From contig JBMNFL010000001.1 in the NCBI GenBank assembly GCA_050949315.1, positions 704,001-768,000 on the forward strand: DNA of 64,000 nucleotides, written 5' to 3'. Shown here piece by piece: positions 1 through 10,332 of the stretch. The stretch's first letter is position 1. Each line of letters opens with the position of its first letter. The notes beneath the pieces were generated by a model. That model was not told the origin of the DNA and searched no databases. It saw nothing but the letters and a program-made list of their open reading frames with translations. The stretch is from Bacilli bacterium. GTDB taxonomy: Bacteria > Bacillota_I > Bacilli_A > RFN20 > UBA1709. The position numbers were made by a program, and so were the translations under genes.

Positions 1-916
1 GGAAAATTGCAAGAGCCACTAACATAAGCGCCCCTAAAACAATAAAACAAAGTGTGTAAGATCGATATTCTTTCGCTAAAAAATTCGTAAGAATCAAAGC
101 CGTTACACCACCTGCTGAGCCCATTAAATTTATAATGGCATTAGCCTTACTCCTCAAGGGTTTAGGCGTGACATCTGGCATTAAGGAAACCGCTGGTGTT
201 CTAAAAATAGACATAGAAACCAAAACTAGACATAGCATGACTAAAAACCCAGCTAAGTAAAAACCATTTACAACACCATCATCTTGAATATGAAAAGAGC
301 GGGCGCTGGCTGCTAATTCTTTAGTTCGATATAAAGTTTCTGTTCCTTGATAAGTAAAGCCATAAACGCTATTACTAACCCTATCCTCTTTTTCATCAGC
401 GCGACGACCAAAATTAAATTTACCATCAATAATTTCCGCTTGAATTGCTTCTAGATCATCCTCTTGATGAGAAAAAACTTTGCTAAAAAAGAGCGAGATA
501 TCGGTTTGAGTCTTTGCCTTTTTGTCCATGACCGTAATCACACTTCCTTCGGCATAGTCTTGCGAAGCAACCGTAACCACCGGATTTATCTGGGCTTCTT
601 CTACTTGTTTACGCTGAAGATTATCGAAAATCGAAACGGTGACAATTAGAAGCGATGCGCAAATGGTTCCAATCAAAATGTATGGAGTTCTTCGCCCCAT
701 TTTCGTTTTCGTGCGATCAGACAATACGCCAAAAACCGGTAAAAGAATGATAGCAAAAATATTGTCGGCCGCCATAACTAAGCCTGATAGAGTTTGGTTC
801 AAACCAAAACTATCGATGAGCATTTTGGCAATGACATTGTCATAGACTTGCCAAAACATACAAATCAAAAGAAAAGCAAAACCGACATAAATTGTTTTTT
901 TCGTGTTGAGTTTCAT
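1..916 (-). CDS. MFS transporter (sugar/glycoside type), 3' end runs off the window
   Basis: Not in the ORF track. Manual translation from ATG 916 (RBS AAGGAG) gives MKLNTKKTIYVGFAFLLICMFWQVYDN..., motif A-like GVLSDRTKTKMGRRTPYI and FRTPAVSLMPDVTPKPLRSKANAIINLMG. Open to position 1. Confidence 0.85.
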   Translation of the reverse strand, partial: MKLNTKKTIYVGFAFLLICMFWQVYDNVIAKMLIDSFGLNQTLSGLVMAADNIFAIILLPVFGVLSDRTKTKMGRRTPYILIGTICASLLIVTVSIFDNLQRKQVEEAQINPVVTVASQDYAEGSVITVMDKKAKTQTDISLFFSKVFSHQEDDLEAIQAEIIDGKFNFGRRADEKEDRVSNSVYGFTYQGTETLYRTKELAASARSFHIQDDGVVNGFYLAGFLVMLCLVLVSMSIFRTPAVSLMPDVTPKPLRSKANAIINLMGSAGGVTALILTNFLAKEYRSYTLCFIVLGALMLVALAIF

Positions 917-1141
917 AGTCTTGAATCTCCTTTTTAAATTACCCTAATTATAACATAGCGCCCCAATTACCAAAACATCAATTTCCCTCGACGGTGAAAA
1001 GTTTTATTTTTCTATCATAAAAAATTAAAGGTGAAACAGCATTGCTCTGCCCTTACTAAGCATAAAAATCATAATGGTTGATCAAAAAAACGAAACCAAA
1101 TTAAAACAATGCAAAAAATCTGTTATCAATTTAATTTTCTT

Positions 1142-2350
1142 TTATTTTTTATTCGTGACTATTTTATACATTGTCCGCATTTCATCACGCCCCATTAATT
1201 TGGGAACTGGGTAAAGGGGGTTGCCTTCGGCTAACGCCCGATCAACCATTGTTTCTAAATCTTCGTCCTTGTATGGTTCTAGATATTTGGGAATCTTCAT
1301 ATATTCATTATATTCACGAATACTCTTGATGAATTTATTAGCCAATTCTTCATCGCTTGCACCATCTAAACCGATTTCTCTAGCTAAAATTGCCAAACTC
1401 TTCCAAACACTTGAACCATAATAATCTAAAACATAGGGTAAAATAACCGCATTAGCATGGCCGTGGGCCGTATGATAAAAACCTCCAAAGGTGTGAGCAA
1501 TTGCATGAACATAACCAACATATGCTCTAGTAAAAGCAACTCCCGCCTTGTAAGCGGCTATCTGCATATTATTCCTAGCCTCTATATTATCTGGTTCGTC
1601 ATAGGCTACTTTGATATTAGCAAAAATAAGTTTAGTTGCCTCTATCGCCATTTTTTTGGTTTTGGAAGTATTACTATGACCAATAAAAGCTTCAACGGCA
1701 TGTGTTAAGGCATCCATTCCTGTTGTCGCTGTAACAAAGGCTGGTAATTTGACTGTCAAAAGAGGATCTAAAACGGCATAATCGGGAATTAAATGCGGAT
1801 CATTAATGGCGTATTTTTCTTTTGTTTTACTATTGGTAACCACAGCCGCCAAAGTCGCTTCACTTCCGGTTCCTGCGGTGGTTGGAACTGCAAACAGTAT
1901 TGGTAATTTTCTACCAACTTTCAATAAGCCCTTCATTTGGGGAATGCTTTTCTTAGGATTTACCACGCGGGCTCCGACCCCTTTAGCACAATCCATTGGC
2001 GATCCCCCACCAAAAGCAATAAGAGCTTGGCAAGAGGCTTCTTTATATTGGGCATAAGCCTCTTCAATATTATCAATGGTCGGATTAGGCACGGTCTTAT
2101 TGTAACAACTATATTTGATTCCTTCTTTTTCTAAAGCCGCAAATAAACCATCTAGCAGCCCTAAATTATAGAGAACTTCATCTGTAACAATTAAAACTGT
2201 CGTTATTTTTAATTCTTTAATTTTTTTAGGAAGTTTTAAAAGACAATTTTCTCCTGTGATAATTTCTGGCTCATCAAAATTTAATAGATAACTGGCTAAA
2301 TAAACAATTTTTTGATAAATACGACAATAAATTTTATAAAATATATTCAT
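1142..2350 (-). CDS. Iron-containing alcohol dehydrogenase
   Basis: Motifs GGGSPMD, PTTAGTGSE, GMDALTHAVE and the Fe-ligand histidines in HAIAH...HGHANA. Confidence 0.93.
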   Translation of the reverse strand: MNIFYKIYCRIYQKIVYLASYLLNFDEPEIITGENCLLKLPKKIKELKITTVLIVTDEVLYNLGLLDGLFAALEKEGIKYSCYNKTVPNPTIDNIEEAYAQYKEASCQALIAFGGGSPMDCAKGVGARVVNPKKSIPQMKGLLKVGRKLPILFAVPTTAGTGSEATLAAVVTNSKTKEKYAINDPHLIPDYAVLDPLLTVKLPAFVTATTGMDALTHAVEAFIGHSNTSKTKKMAIEATKLIFANIKVAYDEPDNIEARNNMQIAAYKAGVAFTRAYVGYVHAIAHTFGGFYHTAHGHANAVILPYVLDYYGSSVWKSLAILAREIGLDGASDEELANKFIKSIREYNEYMKIPKYLEPYKDEDLETMVDRALAEGNPLYPVPKLMGRDEMRTMYKIVTNKK

Positions 2351-2393
2351 TTTTTATGCCCTCCCTTTTTGATTATATAACTAAAGTGTTTGT

Positions 2394-2422
2394 TTGCATA
2401 TATTTTTTATTATGTATATAAT
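2394..2422 (+). promoter_or_regulatory. Sigma-A promoter of the yigZ-like gene (TTGCAT-17-TATAAT)
   Basis: -35 at 2394-2399, -10 at 2417-2422, 17-bp spacer; predicted +1 falls on ATG 2429. Confidence 0.6.
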
Positions 2423-2428
2423 AAAAGT

Positions 2429-3025
2429 ATGTTAACAGTACTTCAAGAAACGACTTTCTTTTATGAGATTAATAAATCAAAATTCTATACTTTTCTTTTT
2501 CCCATTGAAAATGAAGAAGATTTTAAAATTAGATTAAAAGCTCTTAAAAAAGAACATAATAAAGCGAGGCATCATTGTTATGCTTATATTTTACAAGACA
2601 AACAAAAAAGTAACGATGATAACGAACCCGCTGGCAGCGCCGGTCTTCCTATTTTAGAAAATTTAAAAAATAAGCAATTACAAAATGTTGGTTTAGTTGT
2701 TGTTCGCTATTTTGGTGGAATAAAACTCGGGCGTAGCAATCTTGCTAGAACCTATGGTTTCTGTGCTCAAGAAATTATTAAAGCCGCCCCCATAAAAGAA
2801 GTGGTTGAACAAGCCATTTATGAGGTCGTTTTTGGCTATGATCTTGTTAATGTTGTTGATCGGTTTTTAGAAAAAAGAGCTTTAATTCTCGATAAAAATT
2901 TTGAGGAAGAGGTTTGTTATAAACTTACTTGCCCTGATGAGACTCTAATAAATGAGTTAATTGACACATGTCTTGGCCAAATACAAGTTAAAAAACTAGA
3001 AAATACCGAGCTTGTTATTGGCTAA
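2429..3025 (+). CDS. YigZ/IMPACT family protein
   Basis: Motifs EINKSKF, ARHHCYAY, DDNEPAGSAGLPIL and VVRYFGGIKLG; start moved to ATG 2429. Confidence 0.9.
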   Translation: MLTVLQETTFFYEINKSKFYTFLFPIENEEDFKIRLKALKKEHNKARHHCYAYILQDKQKSNDDNEPAGSAGLPILENLKNKQLQNVGLVVVRYFGGIKLGRSNLARTYGFCAQEIIKAAPIKEVVEQAIYEVVFGYDLVNVVDRFLEKRALILDKNFEEEVCYKLTCPDETLINELIDTCLGQIQVKKLENTELVIG

Positions 3026-3081
3026 TGAAACTATTAGATGTAGAATATAAGTAACTAAAGAAAATTAAAGGAGGCATACCA

Positions 3082-3981
3082 ATGGAACACAAATTAGATG
3101 AGAAAAAACTAAAAATTATGCGTGAGTCCCCAGGCTTTATTGCCGCGCTTGATCAAAGCGGTGGCAGCACCCCAAAAGCTCTGAGACTCTATGGAATTGA
3201 TGAGACACAGTACCATAACGATGAAGAAATGTTTGACTTAGTTCATGCCATGCGTACTAGAATCATCAAAAGTCCCGCCTTCCGTAGCGAGCACATAGTC
3301 GCCGCCATTCTTTTTGAAATGACAATGAATCGCACTATTGATGGTCGTTACACTGCCGATTATCTTTGGGAAAAGAAAGGTATTATTCCCATTTTAAAAA
3401 TTGATCGTGGTTTGGATAACGAAAAAGACGGTGTCCAACTAATGAAACCTATTATTGGACTTTTCACCACCTTAAACCAGGCCAGAGAAAGAAACATCTT
3501 TGGAACTAAGATGCGTTCAGTTATTAAAAAAGCCAGCGAAGAAGGTATTGTTAAAGTCGTAAAGCAGCAATTTGAATTTGCTAAACAAATCTGCCACGCT
3601 GGGCTTGTCCCAATTATTGAACCTGAAGTTGATATCCATATTCCTGACAAAAAAGAAGCAGAAGTTATTCTAAAAAGAGAATTTAGAAAACACTTAGATA
3701 AATGGGATCCAAACGATAAAATCATGTTTAAATTGACGTTGCCTGATGTCGATAATTTCTATGAAGAACTCTATGAGTATGATTGTGTTGTCCGCGTTGT
3801 GGCTCTATCAGGCGGTTATTCTCGCGAAGTTGCCAACCAAAAATTAGCACGCAATCATCGAGTAAGCGCTAGTTTCTCTCGGGCTTTGACCGAAGGGCTT
3901 AATGTCAAACAAAGCGAGGAAGAATTTAACACTCTTCTCGAAAAATCCGTAACCAGTATTTACGAGGCCTCAATTAAATAA
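3082..3981 (+). CDS. fda: Class I fructose-bisphosphate aldolase (bacterial type)
   Basis: Motifs GFIAALDQSGGSTPKAL, GTKMRSVI, PIIEPEV, Schiff-base region MFKLTLP and LSGGYSR; RBS GGAGG. Confidence 0.93.
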   Translation: MEHKLDEKKLKIMRESPGFIAALDQSGGSTPKALRLYGIDETQYHNDEEMFDLVHAMRTRIIKSPAFRSEHIVAAILFEMTMNRTIDGRYTADYLWEKKGIIPILKIDRGLDNEKDGVQLMKPIIGLFTTLNQARERNIFGTKMRSVIKKASEEGIVKVVKQQFEFAKQICHAGLVPIIEPEVDIHIPDKKEAEVILKREFRKHLDKWDPNDKIMFKLTLPDVDNFYEELYEYDCVVRVVALSGGYSREVANQKLARNHRVSASFSRALTEGLNVKQSEEEFNTLLEKSVTSIYEASIK

Positions 3982-4010
3982 CAAAAAGGGAGTTCAATTC
4001 CCTTTTTGTT
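3980..4010. terminator. Bidirectional intrinsic terminator between convergent fda and trxB
   Basis: AACAAAAAGGGAGT-TCA-ATTCCCTTTTTGTT hairpin with A/T tracts. Confidence 0.7.
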
Positions 4011-4911
4011 TTTCTAACCCTTTAGCAACATTTGTGGCAGCTATCGCGCCATCACTCGCTGCGGTAATAATTTGCCGCAAACTCTTTTTGATGACATCAC
4101 CGGCACCATAAAGACCTTTAACCTTTGATTCCAAATTTTCATCAACAATTAAATAACCTTCGCTATCTAATAATTCCTTATCTAAAAAACTAGTAGCTGG
4201 ATCAAAACCAATGAAAGGAAAAACAACACTAACAGTTAAATTTTTTTCTTCTTGGTTTTTATTGCTTTTAATAACAACTTTTTCTAAAGTTTTGGTACCA
4301 ACGAATTCTTTGGGTGAATAAGAAAGACATAGTTCAATGTTCTTTGTTTGTCTAATTTTTTGAGCCAAAAAATCTTCGCCTCTAAAATCGTCACGACGAT
4401 GAATAAGATAAATTTTTCTAGCTAAAGGCGCTAAGTATAAAGCCTCTTGTAAAGCGCTATTGCCGCCACCAATAATCGCCATGTCTTTTCCTTTATATAA
4501 GGCCCCATCACAGATGGCACAATAAGAAATACCACGTCCATAAAATTTGTCTTCTCCTGGAATATTTAGCTTTCTTTCTTTAGTTCCTGTTGCCACGATT
4601 ATTTTTTGAGCCCGATAACTTTCATCTTCGCAATCAACAATAAAAATTTCTCCTTCTTTTTGGATACTTTTTACATTTCCATAAATATATTCACTGCCAA
4701 AAGATGAGGCTTGATTAAACATTTTTAAACCGAGTTCTGCACCATTAACTTCACTCACTCCTAAATAGTTTTCTATTTTTTCAGTTCTAGTCATTTTACC
4801 ACCAGGAGCATCGCGTTCAATAATGGCTGTTTTTAAGCCTGCTCGTGTGGCATAAATCGCCGCATTTAATCCTGCCGGCCCCGCCCCAATTATCAATAGA
4901 TCATAAATCAT
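3994..4911 (-). CDS. trxB: Thioredoxin reductase
   Basis: Motifs GAGPAG, redox CAIC, GGGNSA, HRRD and GAGDV; start set to the second Met (MIYDL). Confidence 0.93.
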   Translation of the reverse strand: MIYDLLIIGAGPAGLNAAIYATRAGLKTAIIERDAPGGKMTRTEKIENYLGVSEVNGAELGLKMFNQASSFGSEYIYGNVKSIQKEGEIFIVDCEDESYRAQKIIVATGTKERKLNIPGEDKFYGRGISYCAICDGALYKGKDMAIIGGGNSALQEALYLAPLARKIYLIHRRDDFRGEDFLAQKIRQTKNIELCLSYSPKEFVGTKTLEKVVIKSNKNQEEKNLTVSVVFPFIGFDPATSFLDKELLDSEGYLIVDENLESKVKGLYGAGDVIKKSLRQIITAASDGAIAATNVAKGLEKQKGN

Positions 4912-5566
4912 TTTTAGCATCCTCCACTATTTCAACAATATCCATCATATCTTCAATAACGCCTGTGGCCCCACAGGCTAATAATTCTTCTAACGGACTT
5001 GTGGCCCATTTGACAGCATAACTTTTAATACCGGCTCTTTTAGCACCAACAATATCATTCGCGGTATCTCCTATCATAATCGCTTCATTGGCCTTTATAT
5101 TTAAAGCTTTCAAGGCCTTATTGAAACTTTCAGGATGAGGTTTAACTTCTTGCACATCTGTGCAACCAATAATAACATCAAAATCTTCTACTAAATTAAA
5201 GACTTTTAAAACTCTAAGTGCACTTATGTGCTGACGAGAAGTTATTACCGCCAAACGAATTCCTTTATTTTTCAAAATCTTAATTAACTTTGCTGTCCTA
5301 GGAACTAACTTGATGTTTTCTTTATTTAAAAGATCATTAGTAGCTAAACGATAACCCGACAATAACAGATCAAAATCATGATCAGGTCCAAAATAATATT
5401 TAAATGAATCCTTAAGCGCTGGACCTAATATCTGTTTATAATCTTCTTCATCAATAGTTTTCTTACTTGGCAAATAACGATCAAATAAATATTTAAAACC
5501 TTTAATAATAACTTCTTGGGTATCAATAAGAGTTCCATCCAAGTCAAAGAAAACGGCCTTAATCAT
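4901..5566 (-). CDS. ppaX: HAD-family phosphatase, PpaX-like pyrophosphatase
   Basis: Motifs FDLDGTL, KPHP and IGDTAND; sits in the hprK-lgt operon as ppaX does in Bacillus. Confidence 0.75.
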   Translation of the reverse strand: MIKAVFFDLDGTLIDTQEVIIKGFKYLFDRYLPSKKTIDEEDYKQILGPALKDSFKYYFGPDHDFDLLLSGYRLATNDLLNKENIKLVPRTAKLIKILKNKGIRLAVITSRQHISALRVLKVFNLVEDFDVIIGCTDVQEVKPHPESFNKALKALNIKANEAIMIGDTANDIVGAKRAGIKSYAVKWATSPLEELLACGATGVIEDMMDIVEIVEDAKNDL

Positions 5567-6461
5567 CTGCCTTCTCCTCGCCTTGATTACTATTCTTTTT
5601 AAATTTATTTTTGATTCTTACAAAAACCATCAAGGCTACTCCTAAAAATATAAACACATAACTGGTATAGACAGAAACCGAAGCTCCACCAAGACCATCC
5701 ATAATATACTCAGGATTTCTAAGTGGTTCCAATATGGCACGACAAGCACCATACCAAATTAAATACAAACCAGATAAGTCGCCTTTATGATAACCTTTTT
5801 TCCAAAAGATACGAAGAATGATAGAAATAAGAACCCAACCGACTAAGTTAATTAAACTCTCGTAAAGAAATAAGGGTTGAGCGATTTCATCTGAAGAACA
5901 CTTAATCCCGGCACCGACATACTCGCCGAAACCACCATTCCCTCCCGCCATTTGCTCTTTAATAAAGTTGGGCAGCCAAGAAAGTTCGCTTGGATTAACA
6001 CAACTTCCATAAACTTCTTGATTAAAAAAGTTGCCCCAACGACCAAGAACTTGGGCAATTAAAATGTTGGGAATGGCCGCATCCATAGCAAAAAATAAGT
6101 TGACTTTTTTATAGCGCTTAAGCGCGACAATAATGCCGACTAAAACTCCCAAAATCACGCCACCTTGAATAGCTAAGCCGCCTTCCCAAATCTTAAAAAA
6201 ACCAAGAAAATCGCCATGGTGCCACGGTGAACTACTATCAGCAATACACCACCATAAGCGGGCACCAATTAAGCCGGAAGGAAAAGTGATAAAAAAGAGA
6301 GTTTCAAAAATCTCCTTAGGATAACCTCCTCTTTTCATCGCCCACTGCGAAAATGCAAGCGTTAATAAGGCGCCAACAAGGATACAAAGTGCATACCAGC
6401 GAACCGAAAAGTTCCCAATCTCAAAGAGAACGGGACTAATTTTACCTAAAACATTTATCAT
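5559..6461 (-). CDS. lgt: Prolipoprotein diacylglyceryl transferase
   Basis: Motifs VRWYA, GARLWW, IWEGGLAIQGG, GRWGNFFNQEVYG and FLYES. Confidence 0.95.
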   Translation of the reverse strand: MINVLGKISPVLFEIGNFSVRWYALCILVGALLTLAFSQWAMKRGGYPKEIFETLFFITFPSGLIGARLWWCIADSSSPWHHGDFLGFFKIWEGGLAIQGGVILGVLVGIIVALKRYKKVNLFFAMDAAIPNILIAQVLGRWGNFFNQEVYGSCVNPSELSWLPNFIKEQMAGGNGGFGEYVGAGIKCSSDEIAQPLFLYESLINLVGWVLISIILRIFWKKGYHKGDLSGLYLIWYGACRAILEPLRNPEYIMDGLGGASVSVYTSYVFIFLGVALMVFVRIKNKFKKNSNQGEEKADD

Positions 6462-7393
6462 TTACTCTTTTCTCCTTGAGCTAATTTATCATAGTTTTCC
6501 ATAAATTCTTTGGTGGCATTATGACCCATCGTTCTATCATTTAAAGTCATGGCCGCCACTTCTACAATATCGGCCATATTGCGCCCAGTAGAAACTGGGA
6601 GCTTGACTGTGGGTATTTTTAAACCAATAACCTCTTCATAATGCAAAGCATCGCTTAGACGATTTCCTTTCTTTGCCTCTTCTGGTGTCACTAAATCAAT
6701 AATGTAGTTGAGTTCTGAATTTTCTGAAACTGCAGTAATTCCAAAAAGACGATAAACATCGATAATGCCTAAACCCCGAACTTCTAATAAATTTTTCTGA
6801 TGTTCTGGGGCCTTGCCATATAAATGGTGTTCGCGCCGATAAACAAGAACCGAATCATCCGCAATTAAACGATGGCCACGTCTGATTAACTCTAATGCGA
6901 TCTCGCTTTTTCCAATACCACTCGGTCCTCTTAGTAAAAGTCCTGAACCGTAAACCGAAACCAAGGTTCCATGCAACAATTTTTGCCGTGCTAATTTTGA
7001 AATAGCAAAAGAATAAATATCAAAAGAGATGACCGGTGCTTTATTATCATCTAGTAAAATAACAAAATCCTTGGCTCTAGCCACTTTTTCTAAACCAGCT
7101 GGGCAAGGGTAATTATCGCCAATAACAATAAAAGGCGTTTTCTCATTGGTTAAATATTCAAAACATTCTTTTTGCTTATCTTCGGGTAATTTAGAGATAA
7201 ACACGCATTCTTTTTCACCTAAAACAATGCCACAAGTTGGGTTGAAATTATAATAAAAACCTATTAATTCCAGCCCAGGAACAATAGCATCAGGATTGAT
7301 AATTTCTTTTTCAAGAGCCTTTTCGCTACCAACAAAGACTCTGTACTTATAAGCAGCTACTAACTCTCTAACATGTAAAGGATTGTTTGCCAT
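6458..7393 (-). CDS. hprK: HPr kinase/phosphorylase
   Basis: Motifs HGTLV, Walker A GPSGIGKSE, LIADD, LEVRGLGII and GRN. Confidence 0.95.
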   Translation of the reverse strand: MANNPLHVRELVAAYKYRVFVGSEKALEKEIINPDAIVPGLELIGFYYNFNPTCGIVLGEKECVFISKLPEDKQKECFEYLTNEKTPFIVIGDNYPCPAGLEKVARAKDFVILLDDNKAPVISFDIYSFAISKLARQKLLHGTLVSVYGSGLLLRGPSGIGKSEIALELIRRGHRLIADDSVLVYRREHHLYGKAPEHQKNLLEVRGLGIIDVYRLFGITAVSENSELNYIIDLVTPEEAKKGNRLSDALHYEEVIGLKIPTVKLPVSTGRNMADIVEVAAMTLNDRTMGHNATKEFMENYDKLAQGEKSK

Positions 7394-7429
7394 AATCTAA
7401 TCTCCTTTTGCATTATAGCACAAACTGTG

Positions 7430-10249
7430 CTATTTCAAAACTTTCACTAAATATTGTCCTGTATAACTTTTTACATTCTTAGCGACTTCTTCTGGCGTGC
7501 CGACTGCTACAATTTCGCCCCCCGCATCGCCACCATCTGGACCTAAATCAATAATATAATCGGCATTTTTAATTACATCTAAATTATGCTCAATGACAAT
7601 GATTGTATCACCATTATCCACTATTCGGTGTAAAACATTTAAAAGTCTTTTTACATCATCGTTGTGTAAACCGGTAGTTGGCTCATCTAGAATATAAAGT
7701 GTCTGACCCGTAGCCTTTCTTTGTAATTCCGAAGCTAACTTAAGTCTTTGCGCTTCCCCTCCTGATAAGGTTGTTGCCGATTGACCTAGTTTTATGTAAC
7801 CTAAACCTACATCATATAAGGTTTGGATTCTTCTTTTGATGTTGGGAATATTTTCAAAAAAGTCTAAAGCTTCTTCGACAGTCATTTCTAAAACATCATA
7901 AATATTTTTCTCTTTGTATGTCACTTGCAATGTTTCTTCAGAATACCTTTTACCATCGCATTCCTCACAGCGGACATAAACATCAGGTAAAAAATGCATT
8001 GGAACTCTAATAACACCATCGCCTCTACAATGCTCACAGCGTCCGCCCTTAACATTGAAAGAGAAGCGGGACTTATCATATCCACGAATGCGCGCTTCTT
8101 TTGTCAAAGAGAAAACTGTGCGAATAAAATCAAAAACCCCTGTATAAGTAGCGGGATTAGAACGCGGAGTCCTGCCAATTGGTTCTTGAGTAACCTCAAT
8201 TATTTTGTCAATGTTTTCCATTCCCTTAATTTCTTTTACTTCTAAAGGTTTAACTTTTCGATTTCCCAAATTAAACATCACACTTTTACCAAGGGTATCA
8301 TTGATTAAAGTCGATTTACCAGAACCACTAACACCTGTGACAACAATAAATTTCCCAAGGGGTATTTCTACATCGATGTTTTTGAGATTGTTTCCTTTAG
8401 CGCCCAAAAGCTCAATCTTTTTGCCATTACCCTCTCTTCTTTTCTTAGGAATCTCAATTTTTTCTAGACCCGAAAGATAGCGACCCGTGATCGATTTGGA
8501 GTTTTTCATCACTTCTTCTGGCGTGCCGATGGCTACAATCTCCCCACCGTGAATGCCGCTTCCTGGGCCGATATCTACTAGATAATCCGCCGATAACATC
8601 GTTTCTTCATCGTGTTCAACAACGATTAAGGTATTTCCTAAATCGCGCATTTCTTTTAAGGCGCCAATAAGTTTAGCGTTATCTTTTTGATGAAGACCAA
8701 TAGATGGCTCATCTAATACATAAAGAACGCCTGTCAAACGCGAACCAATTTGGGTCGCTAATCGAATCCTTTGAGCTTCTCCGCCTGATAAAGAAGAGGC
8801 CGCCCGCGCCAAGGTCAAATATTCTAAGCCAACATCAATTAAAAAGGTAAGGCGACCAACTATTTCTTTAATGACCTGTCTTGAGATTTCTTTTTGGCTT
8901 TCATCTAATTCAACCTCAAGGAGAAATTTTCGAATATTTTTAACTGATAAAGCTGTTAATTGATAAATATTGAGCCCACCAATTCTGACAGCTAAGGCCT
9001 GTTCGTTTAATCTTTTCCCATTACAAGTAGGACAAATCGTATCTCCAATATAAGATCCATACCAATTACGCATCATTTCAGAATTTGTTTCCATGTACAA
9101 TCTTTCAATTTTGGTTTTTATACCCTCAATCGGGGCAAAGCGCTTCATAACATTGCCTGAACGAGTTTCAATTTGATAGCGAATTGGAACCTTGCTACCT
9201 AAAAGCAGGACCTCTTTTTCGTTTTCAGTAAAATATTTCCAAGGTAAATCGCAATCAATGCTGTAGTGTTTACATAAAACCATAAATTCTTGCCACTCAA
9301 TAATTTTACTACCCACCATATTGCGATAAAAATGAATGGCCCCTTCATTTATTGATAAATTTTCATCGGGAATTAACAGATTTAAATCAACTTCTTTTTT
9401 AATCCCTAAACCCAAACAATTTGGGCAAGCACCGAGCGGTGAATTAAAGGAAAAGAGTTTGGGTTCAAGCTTACCAATGGAAAAGCCACAATGCGGACAA
9501 GAAAAATTGGCCGAAAAAAGTAGTTCTTCATCACCGCAGATTGCTAAAGCTAAACCATTACTCCACTTTAAAGCTAGTTCTAGTGAATCCACGATTCGTC
9601 CGCGTTCTTCACTCTTGAGAATTAAGCGGTCAATGACAATATCTATGTCATGTTTTATGTTTTTATCCACTAATTCTAAATCTTCAATTAACTTAAATTC
9701 TTTATCAATCCGCACACGAATAAAGCCTGTTTTTAACAATCGATCGAAAAGATCTTTGTAGGTCCCTTTTTTCTGGCGGGCAACTGGTGACAAAATACCA
9801 ACTTTACTTCCTTGTGGATATGTTAATATTTTGTCTGCCATTTGTTTAACTGTTTGAGCGCTTATTGCGATATCATGGTAAGGACAATATGGTGTCCCAA
9901 TTCGGGCATACAAAAGTCTTAAATAATCATAAATTTCCGTAACCGTCCCTACTGTAGAACGGGGATTTTTGCTGGTTGATTTTTGATCAATAGCAATAGC
10001 AGGAGATAAACCCTCAATAGAATCAACATCTGGTTTATCAAAAGTCCCCAAAAACTGCCGAGCATAGGCGCTTAAAGATTCGATATAGCGGCGTTGGCCT
10101 TCAGCATAGATAGTATCAAAAGCCAAAGTGGTCTTGCCCGAGCCCGAAAGTCCTGTCATCACGATTAATTTATCTCTCGGTAGTTCAAGATTGATGTTTT
10201 TTAGATTGTTTTGTCTTGCACCTTTAATAATAATTTTGTTCCGTACCAT
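7430..10249 (-). CDS. uvrA: Excinuclease ABC subunit A
   Basis: Two ABC domains (GLSGSGKT, GVSGSGKS, LSGGEAQR twice), Zn fingers, 939 aa. Confidence 0.98.
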   Translation of the reverse strand: MVRNKIIIKGARQNNLKNINLELPRDKLIVMTGLSGSGKTTLAFDTIYAEGQRRYIESLSAYARQFLGTFDKPDVDSIEGLSPAIAIDQKSTSKNPRSTVGTVTEIYDYLRLLYARIGTPYCPYHDIAISAQTVKQMADKILTYPQGSKVGILSPVARQKKGTYKDLFDRLLKTGFIRVRIDKEFKLIEDLELVDKNIKHDIDIVIDRLILKSEERGRIVDSLELALKWSNGLALAICGDEELLFSANFSCPHCGFSIGKLEPKLFSFNSPLGACPNCLGLGIKKEVDLNLLIPDENLSINEGAIHFYRNMVGSKIIEWQEFMVLCKHYSIDCDLPWKYFTENEKEVLLLGSKVPIRYQIETRSGNVMKRFAPIEGIKTKIERLYMETNSEMMRNWYGSYIGDTICPTCNGKRLNEQALAVRIGGLNIYQLTALSVKNIRKFLLEVELDESQKEISRQVIKEIVGRLTFLIDVGLEYLTLARAASSLSGGEAQRIRLATQIGSRLTGVLYVLDEPSIGLHQKDNAKLIGALKEMRDLGNTLIVVEHDEETMLSADYLVDIGPGSGIHGGEIVAIGTPEEVMKNSKSITGRYLSGLEKIEIPKKRREGNGKKIELLGAKGNNLKNIDVEIPLGKFIVVTGVSGSGKSTLINDTLGKSVMFNLGNRKVKPLEVKEIKGMENIDKIIEVTQEPIGRTPRSNPATYTGVFDFIRTVFSLTKEARIRGYDKSRFSFNVKGGRCEHCRGDGVIRVPMHFLPDVYVRCEECDGKRYSEETLQVTYKEKNIYDVLEMTVEEALDFFENIPNIKRRIQTLYDVGLGYIKLGQSATTLSGGEAQRLKLASELQRKATGQTLYILDEPTTGLHNDDVKRLLNVLHRIVDNGDTIIVIEHNLDVIKNADYIIDLGPDGGDAGGEIVAVGTPEEVAKNVKSYTGQYLVKVLK

Positions 10250-10302
10250 AATTTACTAACCTCATAAGTGACACCCTTCATCTTAACACATTAATAGGGA
10301 TT

Positions 10303-10330
10303 AAAAAAGTATTTGGCTCAGCAAATACTT
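10303..10330 (-). terminator. Intrinsic terminator after the ABC transporter operon
   Basis: On the minus strand AAGTATTTG-CTGAGC-CAAATACTT followed by a U tract, directly after the ATPase stop. Confidence 0.75.
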
Positions 10331-10332
10331 AA

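Noticed and set aside
464-845. Plus-strand ORFs 464-649 and 639-845
   Set aside because: They are antisense shadows of the MFS gene, which the ORF track missed because it runs off the window
10250-10302. LexA/SOS box upstream of uvrA
   Set aside because: There is no GAAC-N4-GTTC match in the intergenic region
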